A DNA stretch of 32,000 nt. Origin: Candidatus Electrothrix yaqonensis. Its GTDB lineage: Bacteria; Desulfobacterota; Desulfobulbia; Desulfobulbales; Desulfobulbaceae. Below are positions 17,167 through 25,667 of this stretch, one piece after another. The stretch is taken from positions 2,790,001 to 2,822,000 of the forward strand of contig CP178758.1 in NCBI GenBank assembly GCA_047651235.1, given 5' to 3'. Position 1 is the stretch's first letter; each line of letters starts with the position of its first letter. The translations under genes were made by a program, and so were the position numbers. The notes beneath the pieces are model-generated. The model worked only from the letters and a program-made list of their open reading frames with translations. It made no database searches and had not been told where the DNA came from.

Positions 17167-17661
17167 TCAGTCATTCTTCGTATTTTGTTTTATATAATCA
17201 TACACGGCTATATCCTCCTCTGTGCCTGTCCCCTGTGCAGGGCACTCTTTACTGCTCTTGGTGACGATCACTTTAATATATTTCGGTTTCTGATCCTCCG
17301 GTACATTTTCCAGGAGACAATCGTTGGCAATAGCCCAATAAACCGTATAGCAAGGAACCATCCCCACTCCGTTATTTTCAGAAGTATCATAGGGAAATGA
17401 CAGGTCTTCATATGACTTAGGGAGGTCTGCGCAGGTATGGGTTTCATTAAGCGTTTCGTACTCTAATCCGAGCAGGCGTTCTACTCTGTCAGCAGCCCAT
17501 ATGGACCCCGAAGTGATTGCGTTGGCTGAAAGGTTTTCCTTGATCGCAGCGGACTGCATACCGAAAAGTCCGAGAATACCGACTGTAAAAATCGCCATTG
17601 CCATCATGGTCTCAAGAAGGGTGAAACCGCTCTGTCCGGTTATTTTTTTCTGTGCTTTCAT
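17167..17661 (-). CDS. pilV: PilV-like minor pilin (module 2)
   Basis: Track ORF 17167-17859 trimmed to the ATG at 17661 (AGGA SD; 7 nt after the upstream stop). MKAQKKITGQSG/FTLLETMMAMAIFTVGILGLFGMQ. Confidence 0.8.
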   Translation of the reverse strand: MKAQKKITGQSGFTLLETMMAMAIFTVGILGLFGMQSAAIKENLSANAITSGSIWAADRVERLLGLEYETLNETHTCADLPKSYEDLSFPYDTSENNGVGMVPCYTVYWAIANDCLLENVPEDQKPKYIKVIVTKSSKECPAQGTGTEEDIAVYDYIKQNTKND

Positions 17662-17668
17662 ATCCTGC

Positions 17669-18337
17669 TCACATATTACGTAGTTGAACTGATGTGATAA
17701 AAAGCCGACGATGGAAGTGGTCATTGTACGCACCCCATAATAAGGGACCATCTTCCGGTGGCAATCCCGATCCAGGTTTATAGGTAACCGAATCAGTATA
17801 TTTTGGATCAGGGTATGTTGACCGGACAAGCATGGAAATCCGAACGGTCTGAATATCATCTGGATCTGCCGGATCAGTACTCAGCGAGTTCCCGTCCTCG
17901 TCAAAATATAAAAATTCAAAACCGTCCACACCTTCGAGGAGTAATTCTTCGGTTTCTTCGGGAGCTACTCCATCGTCCTCCAGCCAAAAAAGATTAGTAC
18001 CATCCAAGCTATACGTCACGGTAACTTTTTTCCCTCCTGTATTACAGGTTTCAAAGGCAAATTCCGTCGGATTTGCGGTTGTTATCACTCCGCTGGTGCA
18101 GTTATTGTCCGCATCGTCAAAGCCCGCCATCCTGATGTCCCGTGCCATAAAATCCAAAGCGGAACGCCCTTTCTGCTGCAGTTCGCTGACCTGCTCCTGA
18201 ACAGTATAACTCCTCTGCTGAATCGTATATACTCCAATTATCCCGGCAATGACCAGACCTGATATCACCATGGCAACCATAAGTTCAACAAGCGTGAACC
18301 CGCCGTTATAATCTTTCTGCAGCGTTTTCTTTATCAT
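17669..18337 (-). CDS. pilW: PilW-like minor pilin (module 2)
   Basis: Track ORF trimmed to the ATG at 18337. MIKKTLQKDYNGG/FTLVELMVAMVISGLVIAGIIGVYTIQQRS and later GRSALDFMARDIRMAGFD. The C-terminus ends in LRNM, like the module 1 paralog. Confidence 0.8.
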   Translation of the reverse strand: MIKKTLQKDYNGGFTLVELMVAMVISGLVIAGIIGVYTIQQRSYTVQEQVSELQQKGRSALDFMARDIRMAGFDDADNNCTSGVITTANPTEFAFETCNTGGKKVTVTYSLDGTNLFWLEDDGVAPEETEELLLEGVDGFEFLYFDEDGNSLSTDPADPDDIQTVRISMLVRSTYPDPKYTDSVTYKPGSGLPPEDGPLLWGAYNDHFHRRLFITSVQLRNM

Positions 18338-18365
18338 AATGTTTAACCTTGCTCTATTCCCTGTA

Positions 18366-18881
18366 TCACTTTTCCCAAGCTGCACCGGCATATCTTCTTA
18401 TTTTGACAGTACCAATCTTGTTTACGGTTACAGCATAGCATACATCCTGCTTATTTTGGCTCTGCAGATATACAGTGCCTTTACTGGCATCTCCCCTGGG
18501 CTCGAAGGTGAGATCACCGTCCACGCCCGATCCAGGTATAGCGTCACCTTTCCAGTCTGTTGCCGTGGCGTTGCATCCATATCCAACAGCTCCGTAATCC
18601 GTTAACGCTACGATAGTATCGTTATCTCCATTGGGATATGAATACCTTTTTTCATCTGTATTAAAAGTAACCGTGACATCCTTGTTACTCTTCACCGCCA
18701 GCAGTCTCGCCTTCTGCAGGTCCGCATACAGATTTCGGGCAGCATTCTTCAGCCGTTTTTCCGGCAGACTGCGCAGATAATTCGGAACAGCTATGGCACT
18801 GAGGATACCGACCAGAGCAATCACCACCATAAGTTCAGCAAAAGAAAAGCCAGCTGTCTTGTTTAATTTTATTCGTTTCAT
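18366..18881 (-). CDS. GspH/FimT/FimU-family pseudopilin, first gene of module 2
   Basis: MKRIKLNKTAG/FSFAELMVVIALVGILSAIAVPNYLRSLPEKRLKNAARNLYADLQKARLLAVKSN. It has a prepilin N-terminus plus the GspH-type helix motif. ATG at 18881, with a weak SD. Confidence 0.75.
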   Translation of the reverse strand: MKRIKLNKTAGFSFAELMVVIALVGILSAIAVPNYLRSLPEKRLKNAARNLYADLQKARLLAVKSNKDVTVTFNTDEKRYSYPNGDNDTIVALTDYGAVGYGCNATATDWKGDAIPGSGVDGDLTFEPRGDASKGTVYLQSQNKQDVCYAVTVNKIGTVKIRRYAGAAWEK

Positions 18882-18926
18882 TGTTATGTCATTGTGTATG
18901 CGTCAGGTAGCTTTTTTGATTATACA

Positions 18927-18942
18927 TGCAAGGGGCATTCCA
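18927..18942 (-). promoter_or_regulatory. Candidate sigma-54 (-24/-12) promoter of pilus module 2
   Basis: The minus strand reads TGGAATGCCCCTTGCA against TGGCACG-N4-TTGCW. GG and GC have exact spacing and 10 of 12 defined positions match. The predicted leader is ~35 nt to the ATG at 18881. A TATAAT hexamer (minus strand, 18924-18919) sits just downstream, so a sigma-70 -10 reading is an alternative. Confidence 0.5.
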
Positions 18943-19218
18943 GAGGCAGATAAAAAAAGAGATGGAAATTAATTAACGGTTTACCTGTATGAAATAATGA
19001 GGGATTCATTTTGTCTGAAGGCATATTTTACCGGACTTGCTAATTTTCTTAAAAAATGGATTATACATTCCTTAGTGCAACATACTGTTTGTTATGAAGT
19101 AATATCCTCTTCTGCGTTTCCGTATCCAGCTGGCAATATAAAATTTTTTCCTGGAAGATGCCCCTATTGTAATTTTTTTTTACACTTCTTTCTCATCTGT
19201 TTTCAGTGAATTATATTT

Positions 19219-20625
19219 TCATTTAGACTCCGCTTCCACACCGTACTGTTTAATCTTGCTGAGCAAAGAAGGATAGCTTACTTCAAGTATCTCTGCAGCC
19301 TTGCTTTTGTTTCCCTGGGTTGCGGTAAGAGCTTGGCGGATAAGGCGTTCCTCTACTCTTCGGCGTCCTTCTTTGATTGAGGATACTCCAGCCAGGATAT
19401 CAAAAGAAGCTTCGTCATGGCTTCCGCTGATGTTTGCAGGCAGGTTTTCCGGCTGAATATAAGGCTCCTCAGTCAGAATAACTGCCCGCTCTATAGCGTT
19501 TTCCAGTTCTCGGACATTGCCGGGCCAGGAATAGGTGAGCAGAAGCTGCATGGCAGCCTGGGAAACCCCTTCAATCTCCGGCCTGTTCATACTGGAGGCA
19601 AGTTTCCCGACAAAATATTCGCACAGAAACGGTATATCCGTCTTGCGGTCCCGAAGCGGCGGTATCTGTATATTGATCACATTGAGCCGATAATATAAAT
19701 CCTCCCGGAAACGCCCTTCCTGCGCCTCTTGGGCAAGATCTCTGGCTGTGGCGGCCAGGATACGGACATCGACTTTTCTTCTCCCGGTTGTACCGAGCCG
19801 CATGATCTCCTGCTCCTGCAGAACCCGCAGCAGCTTGACCTGCATAGCAAGGGGCAGTTCACCGATTTCATCAAGAAAAAGTGTTCCTTTGTCCGCCTCT
19901 TCAAAAAGTCCTTTTTTATCCCGGTCCGCCCCGGTAAAGGCTCCTCGGGCATAGCCGAAGAATTCGCTTTCCAGTAGATTTTCCGGTATACTGCCGCAAT
20001 TGACCGCGATAAACGGCTTGTCAGCCCTGTCGCTTCTGTGGTGGATGCCCCAGGCAACCAGCTCTTTGCCTGTGCCTGATTCGCCGGTAATCAGAACCGT
20101 TGTCGGGTGCTTTGCCACCTTGTCGGCAAGCTGAAAAACACTCCGCATAGCTCTGCTGCTGCCGATCATATTCCCGAATCCCTGTTTCTGTTCAAGATCG
20201 GCGAGTTTCTTTTTCAGCCGGACATTTTCCCGCCGCAGCCGCTCCCGCTCTTCCGCCTTTTTCAGAACCAGGACCACTTCATCATTTTTGAAGGGTTTGG
20301 AGATAAAATCATATGCTCCCAGTTTCATGGCCTCAATAGCTGTGTCAATAGTGCCGTAGGCTGACATCATGATCACGGTGGCGGTATGATCAATCGATTC
20401 GGCTGCTTTGAGAAAGGCCAGTCCGTCCATATTCGGCATTCTGATATCGCAGAGGACAAAATCAAAGGATTTTTTCTCCAGCAGAGCGAGCGCCTCTGCA
20501 CCGTCGGCAGCAGTTTCCGCCTGATATCCTTCTTTACTCAGCAGCACGGACAGCATATGGCGCATATTATCCTCGTCATCTATCACAAGGATATTGCAGG
20601 GGATATTTTTTTTGGGGTCACTCAT
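19219..20625 (-). CDS. Sigma-54-dependent response regulator (NtrC family; PilR-like by context)
   Basis: REC domain (ILVIDDEDNMRHML ... DFVLCDIRMPNMDG). AAA+ domain with Walker A VLITGESGTGKE, intact GAFTGA, LFLDEIGE and WPGNVRELEN. C-terminal Fis-type HTH (GNKSKAAEILEVSYPSLLSKIKQYG). I prefer the ATG at 20625 (AGGA 6 nt upstream, 8-nt overlap with the kinase stop). The track start at 20646 is a TTG. Confidence 0.9.
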   Translation of the reverse strand: MSDPKKNIPCNILVIDDEDNMRHMLSVLLSKEGYQAETAADGAEALALLEKKSFDFVLCDIRMPNMDGLAFLKAAESIDHTATVIMMSAYGTIDTAIEAMKLGAYDFISKPFKNDEVVLVLKKAEERERLRRENVRLKKKLADLEQKQGFGNMIGSSRAMRSVFQLADKVAKHPTTVLITGESGTGKELVAWGIHHRSDRADKPFIAVNCGSIPENLLESEFFGYARGAFTGADRDKKGLFEEADKGTLFLDEIGELPLAMQVKLLRVLQEQEIMRLGTTGRRKVDVRILAATARDLAQEAQEGRFREDLYYRLNVINIQIPPLRDRKTDIPFLCEYFVGKLASSMNRPEIEGVSQAAMQLLLTYSWPGNVRELENAIERAVILTEEPYIQPENLPANISGSHDEASFDILAGVSSIKEGRRRVEERLIRQALTATQGNKSKAAEILEVSYPSLLSKIKQYGVEAESK

Positions 20626-22207
20626 CAGCATTCCTGTGCATAGCAAGGGGCAGGAAGATGAACAGCTCGCTCCCCTGTCCCGCCCTGCTTTTCATGTCTA
20701 TACAGCCTCCAGCGGTTTCAATGATGGAACGGGATACGGAGAGGCCCAGCCCTGTTCCTTTTCCCGGCTCTTTAGTTGTGTAAAAAGGATCAAAAACCAC
20801 GGGCAGCTGATCTTCTGCAATACCGGTTCCGTTATCCGAAATACGGATACAGAGAAAATGCAATGATTCCAGATCTCTCCCTTCCGAGTATTCAGTCGGC
20901 ATTTCATGCAGTTTTTCGGTCAGCACTGTTATCCTGCCCTCCTCTCCGGCAGGGCGGTTCGCTGTGTTCACTGCATCCGCACTGTTGAGGAGACAGTTGA
21001 CAAAAACCTGGTGCAGCTGGTCCCGGTCTGCGCAGACCGTATCATGCCCTGCTGTAAATTTGGTTGTCAAAGCAATTTTTTTAAAAGCGGCCTGTACCCG
21101 GACCATATTGACAGTTGACTGCAGCAGCTCATGCAGGGAAAATTCTTCAGTCCTGGCTGCTGCTGTTCTGGAAAAGTCCAGAAGCTGCCGGATCAGGTTA
21201 TTTACCCGCTGCAGCTCATCTTCAGAACGGCGGATAAAATCCCTGTTTTCTTCGTTCTGCTCCCCGGATCCGGCAAGCATACCAAGATATCCCTGCACAG
21301 CCCCGATCGGGTTGCCTATTTCATGGGCCAGTCCGGCTGCCATCCTGCCGACCGAGGCCAGCTTTTCCGCCCGGATCATTTCCCGCTGCTGTTTTTTCAG
21401 AGTAGTATTGGCCTGCTCAAGGGCGGCAACCGTCTCCCGTAGCGACCGGCGGTCGTACTCTATCCTTGTCAGCATCCTGTTCAGGCTGCCGGATAACTTG
21501 CCGAATGCATTGGAACTCTCCGCAGCGAACAAAAAAGGATCATAACTGCTGTACTGATCAGCAAGCTGCACCAACTGTTCAACCGGTCGGAAGACCAACT
21601 TTGCCGTTCTGAAAAAACTGACAGCGGTCAGGACCATTAAGTTCAGGAGCAGATAAACAGAAATCGTTTTTCCGGCTTCCCGCAGGGGGCGCAGAGCCGG
21701 TTCAAGCGGGCGGACAACAGCGACAGCACCGATAATCTGCCCCTGCCGGATAAACGGGCGCGCACTGACAAGAAGATTTTTACACGGCAGCCAAGGGGAA
21801 ACAGTACCAGCTGTACGGCTGACCAATTTCCCTGTCTCGGCATCGGCAATTGCTGAAGCCAGCAGGGCTGCTCTCTCTTTGTCGATGCCGGAATACGTCC
21901 CGATATCCAATATCCTTTTCTTCTTCTGTTTACGCTCACCATCTGTACCCGGAGAAGACAAAAATAAAATATCTCCCTCTTCTCCGCCGGTATAAAAATC
22001 GGAAAAAACAAATTTGTTTTCCGCAGAATTGTGCTGTGCTGCTGCATCCGTCTGCAGCAGGGTCAGAATGTGAGCAAGCACAGCTTGGTCGCGCTTTGCC
22101 TCACGTTGCAGGATATCATGCTTCCAGAAAGTAATCAGAACAAAATATACCAGCAGCATCCCGATCAGCAATAAGCTGCCTATAGTCAACGTCAGCCTTG
22201 TCTTCAC
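20618..22207 (-). CDS. Sensor histidine kinase with periplasmic sensor domain
   Basis: GTG start at 22207 with a weak SD. Two hydrophobic segments (residues ~7-27 and ~185-205) flank a ~155-aa loop. H-box LAHEIGNPIGAV, N-box VNCLLNSADAV, G1 ISDNGTGI, G2 GTGLGLSVS. It is translationally coupled to the regulator. Confidence 0.85.
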   Translation of the reverse strand: MKTRLTLTIGSLLLIGMLLVYFVLITFWKHDILQREAKRDQAVLAHILTLLQTDAAAQHNSAENKFVFSDFYTGGEEGDILFLSSPGTDGERKQKKKRILDIGTYSGIDKERAALLASAIADAETGKLVSRTAGTVSPWLPCKNLLVSARPFIRQGQIIGAVAVVRPLEPALRPLREAGKTISVYLLLNLMVLTAVSFFRTAKLVFRPVEQLVQLADQYSSYDPFLFAAESSNAFGKLSGSLNRMLTRIEYDRRSLRETVAALEQANTTLKKQQREMIRAEKLASVGRMAAGLAHEIGNPIGAVQGYLGMLAGSGEQNEENRDFIRRSEDELQRVNNLIRQLLDFSRTAAARTEEFSLHELLQSTVNMVRVQAAFKKIALTTKFTAGHDTVCADRDQLHQVFVNCLLNSADAVNTANRPAGEEGRITVLTEKLHEMPTEYSEGRDLESLHFLCIRISDNGTGIAEDQLPVVFDPFYTTKEPGKGTGLGLSVSRSIIETAGGCIDMKSRAGQGSELFIFLPLAMHRNADE

Positions 22208-22275
22208 ATTTTCTGTTGTCTGCTGCGTAACTTCTCGGGATATCGGAGTTGGTTCCTGAATTTTATCTTTGTTTA

Positions 22276-22304
22276 TTTGTAGTTAAAAAAAACAGCTTTG
22301 TCAA
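22276..22304 (-). promoter_or_regulatory. Candidate sigma-70 promoter of the kinase/regulator operon
   Basis: The minus strand reads TTGACA (22304-22299), a 17-nt spacer, then TACAAA (22281-22276). It lies ~70 nt upstream of the GTG at 22207. Confidence 0.4.
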
Positions 22305-22384
22305 ACGAGATTGTGCTGTTCACAAAAGGAAAAAGGCGCGGATGAAATTTTATTTTAGAGAGGGGGGCGGCAGAGGGAGTTGAA

Positions 22385-22412
22385 TGAAAAAACGGGAACC
22401 GAAGCTCCCGTT
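22385..22412 (-). terminator. Hairpin with flanking A/T runs (likely minus-strand terminator, possibly bidirectional)
   Basis: acggga(a)c cgaa g(c)tcccgt stem at 22392-22411 with one mismatch. A6 lies upstream and T4 downstream on the plus strand, so the minus strand has a T6 tail. It sits between the 22659-23075 gene and the kinase promoter. Confidence 0.45.
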
Positions 22413-22658
22413 TTCGTTCTATGAGGCGATAGACGAATAACTTTTAGTCTGCAGATGCTTGTTCCGGTGCCGGTTTATATACCTTCCGTTGCGGATGTAC
22501 CGACTCCTGCCACTCTGCAGCGTGATGGTATAGCTGGAGCAACATAATTTGAATATGCCCACAAGAGGCATAAGTTTTGCCTTCACGCCTTTCAGATAGC
22601 TGATCCTGTATTCAGTTTATACTGCTCCAGCTATAAGTACCATTGTTCACGCCAAGGG

Positions 22659-23075
22659 TCAGCTGGACAGAAACTCCATTGTGGAGCGGCAGCTCATGAA
22701 GCGCAGGGTATTTCCGCCTTTAGCTTGGGCTGCTCCTGAAAACTCATAAACTGTTTTGTCACGTGTCCCTATGCAGCCGTAATGATACGTAGAGTCAGGG
22801 ATAATAGTCGCAATACTGAAGCTCAGACTGACAGGATTTCCTGTTGCTACAGCATCGCCGAGACCGGCCAAACCTGTCATTTTGAATCTGGCATGATCCC
22901 GATCTCCATGTCCAGGAGTTGTATCGATCATAATCTGGCCGTACTGAAGGTCTGCACACGCGCCAAACTCCGGTATTCCAACTTCAGCCTCAGGTGCATC
23001 CTGAGCTGTTACCATTCCAGGAATGGTCAGGCATAATGCCAATACCGCACTTCCGACAAGCTGTTTCGTTTTCAT
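22659..23075 (-). CDS. Small secreted hypothetical protein (138 aa, 4 Cys)
   Basis: ATG at 23075 with AAGGAGG 8 nt upstream. Signal peptide MKTKQLVGSAVLALCLTIPGMVTAQD. I recognise no family. Confidence 0.6.
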   Translation of the reverse strand: MKTKQLVGSAVLALCLTIPGMVTAQDAPEAEVGIPEFGACADLQYGQIMIDTTPGHGDRDHARFKMTGLAGLGDAVATGNPVSLSFSIATIIPDSTYHYGCIGTRDKTVYEFSGAAQAKGGNTLRFMSCRSTMEFLSS

Positions 23076-23265
23076 TTGAGTTGCCTCCTTTCTTTTTGAG
23101 TTTAATATAAAAAAATAAGTTCATAAGTGATTGAAAACGAGTTGCATTGCAAGAGAAAAAGTATTTTTTACGATGGCATATTTTCAGCGCACATATGCAG
23201 CTCCGGAAGATCAGGTTTCAAGGTGCTCCCGATATGTTGATAACAGAATTCTAACAGTTTTCCTC

Positions 23266-23294
23266 TTGACGCTGCCTGCTGAACGGGCTAAATA
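23266..23294 (+). promoter_or_regulatory. Candidate sigma-70 promoter of ppaC
   Basis: TTGACG (23266-23271), a 17-nt spacer, then TAAATA (23289-23294). It would give a ~130-nt leader. Confidence 0.3.
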
Positions 23295-23431
23295 TCACAG
23301 ACGTCGTGCAGGCGGGTTACGCGGCTGCTCTATATGATGTATGTATGATATCGAGGGGAATCTCCGAGGAACAACGCTTATTCTGCTCTTTTTTTATATT
23401 TCTACTTCTAACTTTCCAGGAGGAAAACAGA

Positions 23432-24355
23432 ATGACAGTATATGTTACAGGTCACAAAAATCCCGATACCGACTCAGTTACTGCTGCAATTGCCTATGCT
23501 GAACTGCTGAAAGCAGGCGGGCAGGATGCTGTTGCGGCCATGCAGGGGGACATGAACCCGGAGACGGAAACTGTTCTGAAGAAATTCGGTATTGCTGCTC
23601 CGGAAATCATGACAGATGCTGCCGGAAAGACAGTAGCTCTGGTTGACCACAGCGACCTGAATCAGGCACCGGACAATCTCAGCGCGGACAGCGTTGTCGC
23701 CATCGTAGATCATCACAAGATCGGTGATGTGACCACAAACAGCCCTATCTTCTGCTGTGTAAAGCCGGTCGGCTGCACCGGAACGGTGCTGAAAGACCTA
23801 TACGACAGTGAGGGCGTTGCCATTGATCCCAAGGTTGCCGGGCTGATGCTGTCTGCCATCCTCAGCGATACCGTCAATTTTAAATCACCCACTTGTACCG
23901 ATGCGGACAAAAAAGCGGTGGAGCAGCTGAAAACGATTGCCTCTGTGGACAATACCGATGAACTGTTCATGGAAATGCTCAAGGCCAAAAGCTCCATCGA
24001 TGGGGTTGCAGCCAAAGATCTGCTCAACCGCGACTACAAGGATTTTGATATGAACGGCAACAAGGTGGGCTGCGGTCAGCTGGAGCTTGCCACCCTGGAT
24101 CAGGCTGCCGGTATTCGTGACGATCTCTACAATGCCATGAAAGAGCAGAAGGCGGCGGGCGGGCACCACACCATTCTGCTGATGCTGACCGATGTGGTCC
24201 AGGAAGGGACGGATCTGGTAGTGCTGTCGGATGATGCTTCTATTGTCGAAAAGGCGTTTGACTGCAAACTGGACGGCAACTCCATGTGGATTCCCGGCAT
24301 GATGAGCCGTAAAAAACAGACTGTTCCCAACATGCAGAAGGCCTTCGGCTGCTGA
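23432..24355 (+). CDS. ppaC: Family II (Mn-dependent) inorganic pyrophosphatase, DHH/DHHA2
   Basis: Track ORF trimmed to the ATG at 23432, preceded by CCAGGAGGAAAACAGA. MTVYVTGHKNPDTDSVTAAIAYAELLK, LVDHSD and IVDHHKIGD (DHH motif), and a DHHA2-like C-terminal half. The 307-aa length is typical of the family. Confidence 0.9.
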   Translation: MTVYVTGHKNPDTDSVTAAIAYAELLKAGGQDAVAAMQGDMNPETETVLKKFGIAAPEIMTDAAGKTVALVDHSDLNQAPDNLSADSVVAIVDHHKIGDVTTNSPIFCCVKPVGCTGTVLKDLYDSEGVAIDPKVAGLMLSAILSDTVNFKSPTCTDADKKAVEQLKTIASVDNTDELFMEMLKAKSSIDGVAAKDLLNRDYKDFDMNGNKVGCGQLELATLDQAAGIRDDLYNAMKEQKAAGGHHTILLMLTDVVQEGTDLVVLSDDASIVEKAFDCKLDGNSMWIPGMMSRKKQTVPNMQKAFGC

Positions 24356-24391
24356 AACAGTACAACTAATCTGTTGTGTCTATTATATAAA

Positions 24392-24424
24392 GGGTCGGCC
24401 TGTGCCGATCCTTTTTTTGTTTTC
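24392..24424 (+). terminator. Rho-independent terminator after ppaC
   Basis: gggtcggc / gccgatcc stem (8 bp with one G-U pair), loop ctgt, followed by TTTTTTTGTTTT. Confidence 0.7.
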
Positions 24425-24510
24425 AGCCGGAATTATATACAATTCTGTAGGGGAGAACCTCGTGTTCGCCCGCCTGCATTACGGAATAACCCAGAATAAA
24501 AAGAAAAAAG

Positions 24511-25599
24511 ATGACGGAAACAGTCGTAACAGTCGGGTTGGATGAGCGGAGCTATCCTATTCGGATCAGTGCCGGTCTGCTGGCGAAAATCGGCAGGGAT
24601 CTTCAGGAGAGAAAAGTCGGCACCAAGTACGGGGTCATTTCTGATGACACGGTTGCCGGGCTGTACGGCAAACAATGTCTGCAGTCCCTGACAGATGCGG
24701 GTATCCGGGCCGAGCTGCTCACCTTCCCCCATGGTGAGGCCAGCAAGAACCTGCAGACCATAGCCGATCTTTCCTCTACGTTGGCACAACGCGGCTTTGA
24801 CCGCAGCGACGCACTGATTGCCCTTGGCGGCGGGGTGACAGGGGATATAACCGGTTTTCTCGCTTCCATCTATATGCGCGGCATTCCCTTTGTCCAGGTG
24901 CCGACCACTCTGCTTGCTCAGGTTGACAGTTCTGTGGGCGGCAAAACCGGGGTGGATATCCCGGAAGGAAAAAATCTGGTCGGCACTTTTTATCAGCCCA
25001 AAGCCGTCTATATTGATACGGATGTCCTGCAGACTCTGCCGGTTGATGAGCTGCAGGGCGGGCTTGCCGAGGTGATCAAATACGGCGTGATCAGGGATGC
25101 AGATTTTTTTACCTTTCTTGCCCGATACCGCGATGCGGTTTTTGCTCTGGATCAGGAAGTGCTCACTCGGCTCATCGCCCGCTGCTGCGAGATCAAGGCC
25201 TGGGTTGTGGAGCAGGATGAGCGGGAAGGGGGGCTGCGCAGGATTCTCAATTACGGGCACACCATCGGTCACGCTGTGGAAGCAGCCTCGAATTTTCAGC
25301 TGATTCACGGCAAGGCTGTTGCCGTGGGCATGTGCGCTGCAGCCGAGCTTGCTGTCTGCACCGGCTGCATGTCTGCAGAGGATGCCTGTGCTGTCCGTAA
25401 CCTGATTGAGCTATACGATCTGCCTGTGTCGATTCCTGCTGAGCTGGACCCGGGGACAATTAAAAAATATCTGCTCAATGACAAAAAAACTGTTGGCGGG
25501 CGGGTGTTTTATGTCCTGCCTGAGACGATCGGCAAGGTACTCATTACTGATCAGGTAAGTGACCGGAATGTTGATGCCGCTCTTGGTCTTGCCGGATGA
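24511..25599 (+). CDS. aroB: 3-dehydroquinate synthase
   Basis: 362 aa. N-terminus ...LDERSYPIRISAGLL. Nucleotide-binding GGGVTGDITGF, VDSSVGGKTG, metal-binding LNYGHTIGHAVE. The length and motif order are typical of AroB. Confidence 0.9.
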   Translation: MTETVVTVGLDERSYPIRISAGLLAKIGRDLQERKVGTKYGVISDDTVAGLYGKQCLQSLTDAGIRAELLTFPHGEASKNLQTIADLSSTLAQRGFDRSDALIALGGGVTGDITGFLASIYMRGIPFVQVPTTLLAQVDSSVGGKTGVDIPEGKNLVGTFYQPKAVYIDTDVLQTLPVDELQGGLAEVIKYGVIRDADFFTFLARYRDAVFALDQEVLTRLIARCCEIKAWVVEQDEREGGLRRILNYGHTIGHAVEAASNFQLIHGKAVAVGMCAAAELAVCTGCMSAEDACAVRNLIELYDLPVSIPAELDPGTIKKYLLNDKKTVGGRVFYVLPETIGKVLITDQVSDRNVDAALGLAG

Positions 25600-25638
25600 G
25601 CCGGGATAATATAACCGGGTAATTTTGTCTGAAAAAAA

Positions 25639-25667
25639 TTGTATCGCTGGGCCCTGTCTGGTATAAT
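25639..25667 (+). promoter_or_regulatory. Candidate sigma-70 promoter of the DUF1566 gene
   Basis: TTGTAT (25639-25644), a 17-nt spacer, then TATAAT (25662-25667). It would give a ~145-nt leader containing two strong hairpins. Confidence 0.45.

Noticed and set aside
9951..18976. 13-bp inverted repeat ttaattaatttcc (9951-9963) / ggaaattaattaa (18964-18976) bracketing the whole of module 2 including its promoter; possible invertible or excisable cassette
   Set aside because: By my rough estimate, several 13-mer matches are expected by chance in 32 kb. The sequence is AT-rich and partly self-palindromic (TTAATTAA). One arm is simply the stop-codon region of pilY1. No recombinase gene is nearby, and inversion would carry the promoter along with the operon.
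24433..25308. 291-aa minus-strand ORF overlapping aroB
   Set aside because: The plus-strand frame has canonical AroB motifs over its full length. The antisense ORF has no SD and no motifs.
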